Assembly: GCF_021028975.2 (NCBI RefSeq)
Contig: NC_059429.1
Coordinates: 28,148,001-28,212,000, forward strand
From: Sphaerodactylus townsendi
Taxonomy: Eukaryota
Direction: 5' to 3'
Length of the DNA stretch: 64,000 nucleotides
How positions within the stretch are numbered: the first letter of the stretch is position 1; every line of letters begins with the position of its first letter. Below the pieces are notes generated by a model. The model saw only the letters and a program-made list of their open reading frames with translations, ran no database searches and had not been told where the DNA came from. Below are positions 1 to 11,834 of the stretch, piece after piece. The position numbers and the translations under genes are program-made.

Positions 1-121
1 CATGAGTGCCAAGGATGTAGAAAGAATGTGCAGAAATACACCATATGGTGGCATCACACCAGCAGAGAGGGCATTAGATGCAGGGTGTCATTTTGAGAGG
101 TAAATTCACACATGTCATCAC

Positions 122-1513
122 TAAGCTTGAGCAATATCGAAAAAATTCAGGAAAATTCGGATTCAGCTTGATTTGGCTAGAAAATTATCAGTATGGCTGG
201 ATTAGCCAAATCCCCAATTCGGTATACCCGAATTTATTTGGGATCGTTAGCATTTTTAGGCATTTTAAGTGTTTTTTTCATTTTTGGTCAGTAGGAGGGC
301 ATTGTTAAAGCTAGTGGCACCAAGATTTCAGGGTATCTTCAGGAGACTCTCCTAATGACACCACCACAGTTTTGTGAAGTTTAGTTTAGGAGGTCCAAAG
401 TTATGGACACCCAAGGGGGTGCCACCATCCCCCCATAGTTTCCAGTGGAAGCTAACAGGAGATGGGGACTCCCCCTTTGATGGTCCATAACTTTGGACCC
501 TCTGAACCAAACATCACAAAACCTAGCTAATATCATCAGGAGAGTATCCTGAAGATACTCTGAAAGTTTGGTGCCACTAGGTTAATAAATGCATGAATAG
601 ATAACATTATCATAATCTCTGCTCTGAAATGGCTCCATTGCAGCCAATGGAGAATTTCTGGGTGTGTAAGCACGGTGCACATATTTCAAGGTAGAGGCAC
701 CAAACTTTCAGGGTGGCTCCAGGAGATACTCCTGGCATGAACACCCAGGTTTGGGGAAGCTTGATTTAGGAGGTTCAATTTTCTGGACCCCCAAAAGGGT
801 AGGACACATCTCACTCCATCCACAGAAGCAAAGTTCATGAAACCTGTGTGGTGTCATCAAGAGAGTCTCCTGAAGATACCCTGAAAGTTTGGTGCTTTTA
901 CCTTGAAAAATGTGCCCCCCAGACACCCCCAGAAATTCGTTATTGGCTGTTATGGAGTCAATTCAGAGCAAAGCTCTTCAGCAAATTCCATGGTGGGAAA
1001 GACTTCAATGGGGCTTGCTCCTTTTAAATCCTTGCCTTGATCCCTTGAAATCCTGCACCCCAATCCATGCCAAATGAACAACACCTCCCACGTTGTTTAA
1101 AGGGAGGCCAAAGATTCTCTTTAAATCCACCCCTTGGGGAGGACTTAAATTTAAAGGGACCCTCTGGCCTCCCTTTAAACAACATGGGTCTGTTTAAATC
1201 CTGATCCCCAATCCATGCTGAAAGAACAACACTTTCCACATTGTTTAAAAGGAACCTAGAGGCTCTCTTTAAATCCATCCCCATTGGCATGGATTGGGGG
1301 GGGGGGTGGATTTAAAGGGACCCTCTAAGCTCCCTTTAAACTCCCCTGAATCGATTTGAATGCCTGAATGGTGATTCATATTTGAGCATTCAAATGGATT
1401 TGGATTCAGCTTGCATTTTGGGAGCTTGAATTTATCCCGAATACAAGCCAAATTTGCCAAATCAGACCCAATTTGGCTTTTGGCTATTTGGGCATGCTGA
1501 ATCACCAAGCCTA
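122..1513. mobile_element. Non-autonomous hAT-type DNA transposon, about 1.39 kb
   Basis: Termini TAAGCTTG.../...CAAGCCTA. Perfect 8-bp TSD GTCATCAC at 114-121 and 1514-1521. Internal inverted modules; no transposase ORF. Confidence 0.85.
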
Positions 1514-2842
1514 GTCATCACAGTTAGTTTTGCCACCAATATATGATATCGTTTGAGTTAGTTCAAATCATATCTTGTCTAGGCACATGTGTACCTACTA
1601 CTCATTCTGAAGCTTTCAAAATAAGAGCTGCACAACAAACTGTTAAAAATGAAGCACAATTTTCTGAGGGCACAAAGTTCCTCTTTTTACTCATTTCTTA
1701 GGAGAGGAAGGGCAAGCTAAAGCTACGTAGAACTTGTACATACTGCAGGTCCCCTGCCTGGAGATTCTAGCAATACCAAGCCTGGATCAGTGATGTCATT
1801 TAAAACATGGCCAATCATTTAGTTCAGTTTATTTGTTTAGAACTTTTTTTCCTTCCTAGATTAGGTTGAGAGTCCATGACTGACCTAAGGTAAGCTTCAG
1901 GGCAAAGTGGAATTTTGAACTTGGTTAATTCAGATCCTACTCCAGTACTACACCCCATTGGCTTTCATAGTTAATAGGTCATCAGAGGTACATGAAAAAC
2001 CGGGGGGGGGGGGGGGGGGTTAAATTCATCACAGATTTCACACACCAGAAAGTGATGTTGTTCATTGAGTGTTTAGATGAATCAGCAAACAAGATGAAAC
2101 CCTGCTGTTCTTCAGCACAGTTTTCCCTCCCTCTCCCCCGAGGAAAAACTTAAGAGTTTTAATTCAGTCAGGATCCCTGAGACACTAATGAAGCATGCTA
2201 ATTTAGGGTGAACAGCATCAGTATGGATTTTTGATCAAAACAGCTGCTCATTTTGCAGAGCAAGCAACTAAATCTGAAGGCTACAAGATACGGCTGTACA
2301 AAGAAGATATAAGGAGAAAACAGATGGATCCAGGAGAACAGAGCTGAAAGAGCCCCTGTTTCCATCAGCATAGAGGGAAGAGACTGAATATAGGAAAGAA
2401 CTTATAGGAAAGAAAAGAAACTGTGGTCTGTCTGTCACATGTTTGTGTTAAACTAAAGCATGGCGAGGAGATGGGTAGGGGTCGTTGTTGCTATCTCCTA
2501 TCATACATGAGTTTCAGAAGATCACTATCCTCAAAGCTTGGGAGAAGGGACAGCCGTGGAGAACCTGACTCTCACTCCACACATTCAATGAACATGTGAG
2601 AAGAGTTCTCAGTGCTCAAAAATACACTTTTCGGGTAAAACCCACATAGCAAGAAGCATGCAAAAAGAGAGGACCAGTTGGCCTCATTCAAACATCACAC
2701 AATTCATGTATTAAAAATATTTGTTTCCCACCCTTGTTTTCCAGCTATGAAAGAAAGAAAGAAAGAAGCTGCAAAGTCATAAAAACAGCCTTAACAGTCC
2801 ATCAACAGGAGAAAAATATATGCACTGGTTACCAATGTAGCC

Positions 2843-2929
2843 AGATCTGCCAAATCTCAGGAGCGGTGGTGGTGTGATTTTTACTTAGATCTGCCAAATC
2901 TGAAGAGGGGAGTGTGGTTTTTTACTTAG
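2843..2929. repeat. Local 44-bp tandem duplication
   Basis: AGATCTGCCAAATCT...TTTTACTT starts at 2843 and again at 2887. Confidence 0.7.
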
Positions 2930-5510
2930 GTTTTTTGCTCCTCAGCATTGTTTGGTTCAATTTGGTTTGTGCATTGATTGCAAGTTTTCTTTCCCCCTTT
3001 AAGAAACCTGGAGTTTGTTTTCACCCAATAAACCAGGTTCGTAAATACAGGAAGGAAACAAGCTCTCATCTGCTTTGGTAGCTGCATTTGGACTTCATGG
3101 GAAACAGGAGTACCAAAAGCCTTCAAGTGTACTCTGTGTACAAGGGGAGGGGTGACAGGAAGGAGTACTTGAATGTAAGAACTCGCTCCACTTGGGCCTG
3201 TCTTGGATAGAAGTTTGTTGAGAAGTGAATGTCTTCATTCTGATTCTGAAATATTATCACCAGACTTTTGCAATGTAATTTACTTTTTTTTTTTTCAAGT
3301 ACCAATGTGTGTGGATGCAGTTTTTGGCATTTGCACATATGTTTGATCAACTTTTTTAAAAAATTCAGTCTCCAATGCACACTTTTCCTCCAAAGTTAAA
3401 ATTCATCAAGCTTCTCTCCTGCAGGAGATAAAGGGGGGGGGGGGATATAAATTCCAAAGTCGTCGTCTTTGAATATCTTTGAAATTCTATGCCATCTGCA
3501 GCTATCATTGTCCCATCTGATCAAATACTGAAAATGACACTTGGGTGGATCTCGGCAGCATTCTACACCACTGACTGAAGAACTGTTTCTCAAGTCAGTT
3601 CATATACACCCCAGTGCTGGGATCTAGTTGAGACAAAGCGTGGCCTTCCTGCAAACATCACAAGACTCTATACTTACCACTTGGCAGGATGTTTGAATTG
3701 TGAAAACTGCAACCTGCATGTGGGAGCTATTCATTGCAGTGCCACTCTTTCAGTGACACTGGCAGACCTCTGATGGGCTACTGCAATTGTGCAATCATAA
3801 CAGTGGCATGAATAGCTCCCCAGACATAGCTATTGGTTCTTATAATGATGTACTCATATGAGAGTGGGGAACTTGTTATATGCATTACCAAGTGTACCAC
3901 CAATCATGACTAGTCCCTCCGTACGTGACCACGTTCTTCTGCTAAATGGAATAAGGTTTGTCCCATTCAGCAAAAAAGATCAGGCAGCACCTGATGGATT
4001 TCCCAAATCAAACTGGAAGCAAGCAGCATGTGTCACTCTAGGATTTCTATCTGTGTTTGGCAGTGAAACCTCCCTCCAGATCTCATGGCAGTCTCACACT
4101 GGTGATAACTATGTTGATCTAGAGGTAGGCATAGATACTGGTTTCTCCTCCTATATGCTCTGTTTTTTCTTCTTTGATTCTGATCTGTAATACATCAAAA
4201 GATTTTCTAGAGCATCAGAAACTTAACCTGTCACCTTTGGCAGCCCAGTAAAATGTTAATTGCTTGCAAGTTGTTTGAATGATGATGCAATCTCATGACT
4301 GCTTCACTCTATACAAACTCTACATTGGTTCCCCTGTTCTCCATTAACTGTTTTGGGTCATGTGGGTTAATCCTGGCTTTTAAGGACCAGCCATGACTGT
4401 CATTTGGGCTCAATCAGGAAGGGCTCACTGTTGTGTATGGAAAGTGATGCATTTGATTCAAGACAGTACAGAAGCTTAGGCTTTATTTGAAACCAACAGA
4501 AGTCTTCGATTAAGTTTCAAAGGCAATATTTATTTTGGGGGAGAAATGATAACAAGAGAAAGCCGGTTCTCTCATTTGTAAACTCCTGGAGTACAATGGG
4601 CATGACAGATAGCTCTGCAATGCTGGCCCACCCTTTCTCTCCTTCTCTCTCCACAGAATATCCTCCAAAACATTTCTTATATTTACAAGGGAGAAAGAGA
4701 TCATTCTGCTCAGTAATGTAGGAAAAATGGACAACTACTCAATAAAGAGTAATAGGTAGGGAGGTATAACTGCAGGCAAAAAAAAAATCTGTCTCCTTTT
4801 CAACCCCCTGTCAAATCATTTCCATAGCCTCGGTGAGAGCCTGTAAACCAGGAATGAGGAATGAGGGCATGACAAGTTCTCTTAGAGGTATGCCGCAGCC
4901 ATAAAGGTCATAATAGTCTAGTGTGGTTAGATCGCAAGGTATTTAAAGGTTGCTCCCTTCAAGTTGCAAGTCTAGAAAGGGCAAAATGGAGACAGCCAGA
5001 GGAGAACTTAATTCAACAGAGGATTGGAATGGATTAACAATGATGACTTGCATCAATAAAATCCTGCTAACCCGGATCACTCCTTATTTCACATGGTCAT
5101 CTTCTGCTGTCTCTATGTATGCCATTACTAGTGTTATAAGATGTTAATGGAAACATCTTATATATCTTGTTGCTGCTGTCAACAGGACTGCTGGGTATAG
5201 CAATGAAGCAAGTTGAAGGGTGGGTCTGATAGTGGGGGAGGCATTTGATCAGAGATGGAGATTCAAGCTCAACTGAACAAGATGGGAGGGGTGTGTGATT
5301 TTTTTATGCAGCTTCTAGCTTTCCTTCTGCAAAACACTGCAAATTGCCATTACCTAGGTATCCTTGGAGAAATGTCACTTGCTCCTTAGCGTCTATGCTA
5401 GACTTTGGCCTCCCTCTTCTCTGCTGTTCCATCTTTGCCCTATTTATAGTCATATGAATGTAATTATTTAACACTATATGTTAGTTGCTATTGAGTTTTT
5501 TTTAATGATG

Positions 5511-5511
<1 letters not shown>

Positions 5512-5586
<75 letters not shown>
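5512..5586. repeat. (TTA)25 microsatellite abutting the 3' end of an R4/Dong element
   Basis: Direct count of 25 perfect TTA units. Confidence 0.97.
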
Positions 5587-5588
<2 letters not shown>

Positions 5589-5658
5589 CACATAACAACA
5601 CAGCACAAGTGTCTGGAATTCATCTCTGAATAGCGAGTCCTTCCCAAGGACCTAGGAT
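5587..5658 (-). mobile_element. 3' UTR of R4/Dong-clade non-LTR retrotransposon, separated from its body by an L2 insertion
   Basis: Minus strand ATCCTAGGTCCTTGGGAAGGACTCG...TTATGTGTA runs into (TAA)n. It is the plausible continuation of the sequence after the stop codon at 7962-7964. Confidence 0.7.
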
Positions 5659-7950
5659 ATTTTTATTTTTTATTTATTTATGTTTCAATTTATTATACGC
5701 TACATGTCCAGACTCTAGGCCAGTGTACAGCCTAATACCTATCATATACAAGAGTAAAATAACTAAAACCATTAAAAGCAGCAATAGAAAGAGACTAAAG
5801 TATAAAGACTAAAAATTAACTTGCAATGGTGTCCGACAATTTCCATTTCCAAACCACACCTCTTTCAAGGAGGGAAGATCAAGCAAAATCCCAGATGGCA
5901 GAAGGCACAGATGTAAAAGAGCCATGGGGGGGCGGGGGGGGGGCACCATCAGCGGCTGGTTCCATCCAAAGGAGCCCGGCCGGAACAGCTCCGTCTTGCA
6001 GGCCCCTCTTGAATTCGGTAAGGTCCCTTGACCGGACAGCTGGTGGAAGAAGCGTTCCACCAGGCTGGGAGCCAAGAGCTATACAAAAGAGCCCTGGCCC
6101 GCGTGGAAGCCAACCGTATCATCGAGGGCCAGGGACCACCAGTAGATTGGCCTCCGGCGCTGGCCCGAAGAGGCGTGTATAGAGGACATGTGAAGCGTCT
6201 GGTCCCGAAGCTGAAGAGTCCCAGGCAGCGTAAAGGCCTTAAAGGTCAGCACCAACACCTTGAAGATGATTGGGAACTCTACTGGAAGCCAATGCAGCTG
6301 AAACGCGCTTTGGAAACTGGATATGCTCCCAGATGGCACTGCCTGTGAGCAAACGTGCAGCTGCATTTTGGACCAGTTTTAACTTCCGAATCAGCACGCG
6401 AAGGAAGGCCCGCGTGAAGCGAGGGATTACTGGCATAGTCTAATCTGGAGATGACCGTTGCATGGATCACTGTGGCCAGGTCGGTCTGGGAGAGGAAGGG
6501 AGACCCCAGCCGGCGGGCCTGGCGAAGATGGAAAAAAGCAACCCGGGTTATATGGGCCACCTGGGTACTCCATTGATAGAAGGCGGAGTCCAGGTGGACC
6601 CCTGGGTCTGTCTGTGGAGAAGGTCGGTGCCAATGTGACCCCTCTCCACACACCGGCCCGGCTGAAACATCCCCCTCTCTCCCTCACGGCCAGCCAAGGA
6701 GGATCTCCGTCTTCGATGGATTCAGTTTTAACCTGCTCTGTCGTAACCATGGCACCAGCAACCGCCTCCAAACAATGCTGTGGCAGAGGCTGCAGGGGCG
6801 GTGGCTGTTCCCCCCTCCATCAACAGAATGAGCTGAGTGTCATCCGCATACTGATGACAAGACAACCCAAAACTTTCGTACCAGCTGAGCAAAGGGGTCG
6901 CATGTAGATATTAAATAACGAAGTAGCGGGGATAATAATGCCCCCTGGGGTACACAGCAATAGGCCCGGAGCACTTCCGGGAGGCCTCATCCCAGCGCCT
7001 CACTTGCTGATTCGACCCCAGAGAAACTTGAGGCAATCCATTTGAAGGACAGTGCCCGCCTCCAGAGGCAGCCAGGCGGTGGGTCAAAAAGGTTCATGAT
7101 GCGACCACATCAAACGCTGCGGTGGATCTAACAATACCAGCTTTGGCGCCGATCCGCCTCGGTCAAAGCTGCATCACGGAGTGTATCTGTGGCGGCGGCG
7201 AGAACAGTCTCCATCCCATGCCCAGGACGGAAGCGGACTGGAAGGGAATCAAAAGCCGATGTGTCATCCAGAACCTTGAAGCTGCTCCAGCACCACTCTC
7301 TCAATTACCTTCCCCAGAAAGCGAAAGATTCGAAACAGAGCGGTAATTATGGCCAGCTCTCCAGGATCTAATGATCGTCTTTTTAAGCGTTGGTGGACCA
7401 CTGCCCCCTTCAGCCCATCCGGGAAACCTCCTTGCTCAAGGGAGTTATTGATGATACTCTCAACAGATGGGGCCGTAGCTCCCAGCTTGGCAGAGCTTTC
7501 ACAAGCCAAGGCGGGCATGGATCCAGAAGAGGACAGGTAGTTGGTCTAACAGCAGCTACAAGGTCCTGTCAACAGCGGCTTCACAGAGGCCCGGGAAAAA
7601 CTGGGCCAAACAAAGGGCCTGAAGATGGCGAAGGGAGTCTCCAGTTCACTCAATTGTATGCCAACGTGGAGGGAAGGTCACGGCGGAGCGACGAATCCTT
7701 ATCCGCAAAAAAGCTCATAAATGCCTCACAGCTAATATCCAATTGAGAATTTGATGACCTCTTCTGACCAAAGAGAGGTCAATGACTCGGATTATCACTG
7801 AGAACAATTGAGCTGGGCGGAAGCTAGTGGACGCCAGGGAGGAGGAGAAGAAGCACCACTCTTGGCAACCATTCGTGCAGCCATCTCATAGGCTTTCATA
7901 AACGTCCTATAATATGTTCGCGCAGCTTCGTCGCGAGATTTCCTCCACAC
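5659..7950 (-). mobile_element. 5'-truncated L2-clade LINE (ORF2 reverse transcriptase to 3' tail), frameshifted
   Basis: Minus-strand motifs: FLGKVIERVV (about 7290-7320), LLD..AAFDVV (about 7105-7135), CHQYADDTQL (YADD at 6839-6850), VIHATVISRLDY, LVQNAAARLLTG, LHWLPV..IIFKVLVLTFKA. A-rich 3' tail at about 5659-5690. Confidence 0.9.
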
Positions 7951-8418
7951 TCCACACTATATTAGAGGTATTTGCGTAGAAGATAATGTTGTAGCAGTTC
8001 CTAGAAGTGCTGCTTCTCTTGCAGCATGTGGACTGGATGTTCTGGGTCCAAGTTTTAGGCTTTCCAGATGTATTTTCTTAAGATTTCTTGGGGATTTACC
8101 TCCTAGAGCACCGACTACTAAGTGTGGGATTACAGTTGTTCTTTTGCCACAATCATTTCCAACTTCAATTTGTAAGTCGCTTGTATTTTGTGATCTTTTT
8201 CCAGCTCTTTTTGCGTCCTCTAATTCCTACATGTCAACTGGCACAGCAACATCCTTCATGATCCAAACATGTATGTTTTTTTCTCTACCACTGTTATGTC
8301 TGCAGGGTGTTGTGTACTTGCCCAGTTAATCTGTCTGTCTGTATTCTAAAGTCCCAGAGTATTTTTGCTTCTTCATTTTCTGTGGTCTTCTCTGGCTTGT
8401 GCTCATACCAGGTCTTGC
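7951..8418 (-). mobile_element. R4/Dong-clade retrotransposon C-terminus (restriction-like endonuclease region), cut by an assembly gap
   Basis: Minus-strand peptides WYEHKPEK (8387-8410), ILWDFRIQTD (8333-8362), PADITVVEKK, DVAVP, VVGALG, AALLGTA..LRKYL then stop (7962-7964). These are typical of the R4/Dong RLE domain. Confidence 0.8.
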
Positions 8419-8584
8419 NNNNNNNNNNNNNNNNNNNNNNNNNNNNNNNNNNNNNNNNNNNNNNNNNNNNNNNNNNNNNNNNNNNNNNNNNNNNNNNNNN
8501 NNNNNNNNNNNNNNNNNNNNNNNNNNNNNNNNNNNNNNNNNNNNNNNNNNNNNNNNNNNNNNNNNNNNNNNNNNNNNNNNNNNN
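8419..8584. other. Assembly gap (166 N)
   Basis: Run of N. Confidence 1.
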
Positions 8585-9043
8585 GGTAGGTTCTAAGCTG
8601 TGGTCTAATTGTTATTTACATCTTTATTGTATTTTTCTGGATTGTTGGAAGTCAACCTGAGCCTAAAAGGGTGGTCTACAAATGTAATAAATTAAATGAA
8701 ATTAAAATATTAAATATTTTCAAACTTGCTGTCTCATTCTGTGATCTTTTCTTCAGCTCACATTCATACAGAGACCTCCAGGCATTTGTTCACTTTCAAC
8801 CACATATTTCATTTTTTTTTTTTGATGGAGCTGTGCAGCATCTTGTTTTTGCCTGCATGTTTTGATCCCAAGGCTCTTATACTTGCAATCAATGGATCTC
8901 AGAAGGTGAGAGTCTAAGGACAGGAAATGTTACATGCCTTGTTGAAATTTTTTTGGCTGTTTAGATTTAGGTGAATTTTGTTTCAGCAACATTACATGAG
9001 GATTTTAACAAAAGGCCTAAAGTTACTGAAACCCACCAGGATT

Positions 9044-9258
9044 TAGGATTGCCAACTCTGGGTTGGGAAATTCCTGGAGATTTATAGGCAGAGCCTAGGG
9101 AAGGTGGTGTTGGAGGAGGAAAGGAAGCTCAGCAGGAATGTAATACCATTTTTACCCTCCAAAACTTCCACAGTCTCCAGAAGAACTAATCCCTGTAGTT
9201 TAAGATCAGTTATAATTTCAGGAGATCTCTAGGCCTCATCTGGAGACTGGCAACCTTG
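9044..9258. mobile_element. Old ~210-bp hAT-type MITE (TAGGGTTGCCA-like termini)
   Basis: Starts TAGGATTGCCAAC, ends TGGCAACCTTG. Homologous to copies at 23376, 24449, 39102 and about 43700-43886. Confidence 0.7.
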
Positions 9259-9378
9259 TCATGACTTCCCAAGAAAATATATATATTGGGCATCTCTCAT
9301 AGTATCCAAACCTGACCAAAGCAGCATATGAAATCACATGACTTGTCTGTTTCCATGGGCCTCCAGGGGGACTAGGAC

Positions 9379-9476
9379 CAGTGGTGAGATTCAGCAAATT
9401 CCCACCACTTGGTCAGAACCGGTTAAAACAGTGCTTGTAAACAACCAGTTGTTAAATTATTTGAATCCCACCACTG
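9379..9476. mobile_element. 98-bp hAT MITE (CAGTGGTGGGATTCA TIR family)
   Basis: TIR CAGTGGTGAGATTCA / TGAATCCCACCACTG; perfect 8-bp TSD ACTAGGAC. Confidence 0.92.
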
Positions 9477-10759
9477 ACTAGGACCCCCAGAATTTTGTTT
9501 CTGTAGTCCCCTTCTGCCAATCCCCCCCCCCCCCGTATCATCATTGTTGTTCTGTTCCAACTGGGAACTTTTTACATACATTGTCCCTCTGGGATTCCTG
9601 AAATCACTGTAATTGCTGCTGCAAGCCGTGGTTCCCATGCAATAGAATTATACATGAAACAAGGAAGAAATAAAGAAAAGGCAATTTCAAATCAGCTATC
9701 CTCAGAGAAAAACAGTTAAGTTTTGTCATTTGGCTTCATCTTCTGTTCTTAAATCACTAACAATGTGCATCAATATTACACAAAGACAAAATCTAGAGGA
9801 ATAAAACTGAGTAGTGCTAGAAGCAAGATTATAATTATGTTAATCGCCCTTGTAATAAGAGAAAATGTGGGCTTTCTCCATGTAGAAAAGTGCATGAAAT
9901 AGCAGTTCCAAAAACCACTATACACACAAAGGACCTTGAGTCCCACATGATATTCTACCTGTAGACCTTAGTTCCCACCACTCATCAAGCACAGAACCCA
10001 CAAGTAAGGATGCAATGTCAGCCTTTCCTAAAAATAACCCTTTGTGTCGTCTTTATACACAGACATAAGATAATCCAAAGTATACTTCCAATTCCTCTTG
10101 ATTTCATTTTTCTGTTACATATATCTTAATCTATATCTGCAATTCCTGTCACCCCAGCCCTCAGTTATAGTCACATTTCCTGCCAAACATTTTTTCCATA
10201 TTGTACATCCATATGCGTCCCACATAGCTTCCCATTTCTCTTACTGTTTTTCCCCAGGTCTGATCAGTGCTTCTTGTTTTTTCCTACCATATGGCCAGGC
10301 AGCTGGTCATGAAACTGATAAACTAAAGAGTGGCAAAAGTAGTTCTTTATATGCCAGTATCAACTTCTCTCCCCCCGCCCCATCTTCCCATTCTCTGTGG
10401 TACTTAGAATACAAGAAAAAGAGAGAAAAAGAGGGGGGGTGTATTATATTTCCCAAACATTTTGGATCTACACAGCTATTTTCAAGAACTAGGTGACTTT
10501 CAGTGAACACAGCAACAGGAACTTCTTTCAAATCTTCCTCTACTCTCACTTGGTTTGGGGAGTCCATCCAGAATGCATCGAGCATGAATAAAATAAAATG
10601 TGCAACCTCAAAGCCTGCACCTGCCAATAGTGTTTGTCATTAATCATTATCAATGTTCAGCTCACCTGAGTGGATCATCATTACCTAAAATTCATTGAAA
10701 CAACTTTGAATTTGCAGAGGTGTATTAACGACAGAAATACTGAGAGGAATCATGACTCT

Positions 10760-10900
10760 GGCCCCTTCTGCACACGGAAAATAATGCGTTTTCAAACCAC
10801 TTTAATAACTGTTTGCAAGTAGATTTTGCTATTCTGCACAGCTTCAAAGAGCACTGAAAGCAGTTTGAAAGTGCATTATTCTGCATGTGCGGAATGAGCC
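10760..10900. mobile_element. 141-bp palindromic MITE, PIF/Harbinger-like
   Basis: TIR GGCCCCTTCTGCAC / GTGCGGAATGAGCC. Second copy in the opposite orientation at 54031-54171. Confidence 0.85.
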
Positions 10901-11597
10901 CATCTCTCATGCACTGTATACAGCCCTTATTCTAAGAGGCTCAGAACAGTGTACACTGTACTCCCATTCTCATTTTATACTTACAAAAAACCTTTAAGGT
11001 CAGTTAGACTGGGAAAATGGCTGTCTCAAAAGAGGTAATCCATTGAGCTTCTATTGAAAGGTGGACTAGCTTACAAGGAATATTCAGAACAGAGGCCAGA
11101 CACAGCCTTCTGGTAGGACCAAGGTTAATAATGTTTTATCCCTGTTGCAAACAGGGTTATATTGTATATTAATTTATATACCGCCTTCCCCCGAAAGGCT
11201 CAGGGCTATGTACAAGAAGAATGACCATATCAATAGTCATAACATAAACATCAGTTAGGCATAGTCAATCAGCAACATCAAATAAGCATATTTGAATAGC
11301 AAGATATCAGACAAAAACATAAAAAATATAATCAGCAATGTACTGTATAACAGGAGGTTAACTCTGATATATGTACTGTAGAGCAGGAGATTAGCATTTA
11401 GGTTAACTCAGCTTCATGGTAGAGTGGGGATGAGAATCTCGCTGTCCTAGATCTTTGTTTAATATTCCAACCACTACATCACTCTGACTCTTACTAAAGA
11501 AAGGAACTCTGCTCCAGCTGAGCAAGTTGTCCTCCACTGGAACAAGGCTCTTAGCTGAAGGCAACTGTAGGTATAAAAAGTTATATAAATATCACAC

Positions 11598-11834
11598 CTG
11601 AGTCTTCAAACTCGCTGTTGTAAGCATTCCAGGTCTCACTTATGCGAAGCAAGTTCTCCTCCATAGCTTGAATATCCATATATGGACAGTTGCATTCTGG
11701 GAATTTGGGGCCACACTGACACCAACAATCGTTTTCCTTGCAGATGAATTCTCCCTCTGAATTGCAGGCAATATAGCTCAGGGCTGCCTGCACAAACCGC
11801 TCTTGCAAATATTCAGGCAGGATGAGCTGCAGAC
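11598..11834 (-). CDS. BRINP3: BRINP3 internal coding exon, 237 nt (probably exon 6); cysteine-rich segment
   Basis: Translates (G)LQLILPEYLQERFVQAALSYIACNSEGEFICKENDCWCQCGPKFPECNCPYMDIQAMEENLLRISETWNAYNSEFEDS. Acceptor ccgccttttcag|GT; donor TCAG|gtgtga; phase 1-1. Confidence 0.96.

Noticed and set aside
5809-7746. Many mid-sized ORFs on both strands
   Set aside because: Frameshifted pieces or antisense shadows of one L2 ORF2.
8307-8660. ORFs spanning N runs (also 49597-49995)
   Set aside because: Artefacts of assembly gaps.
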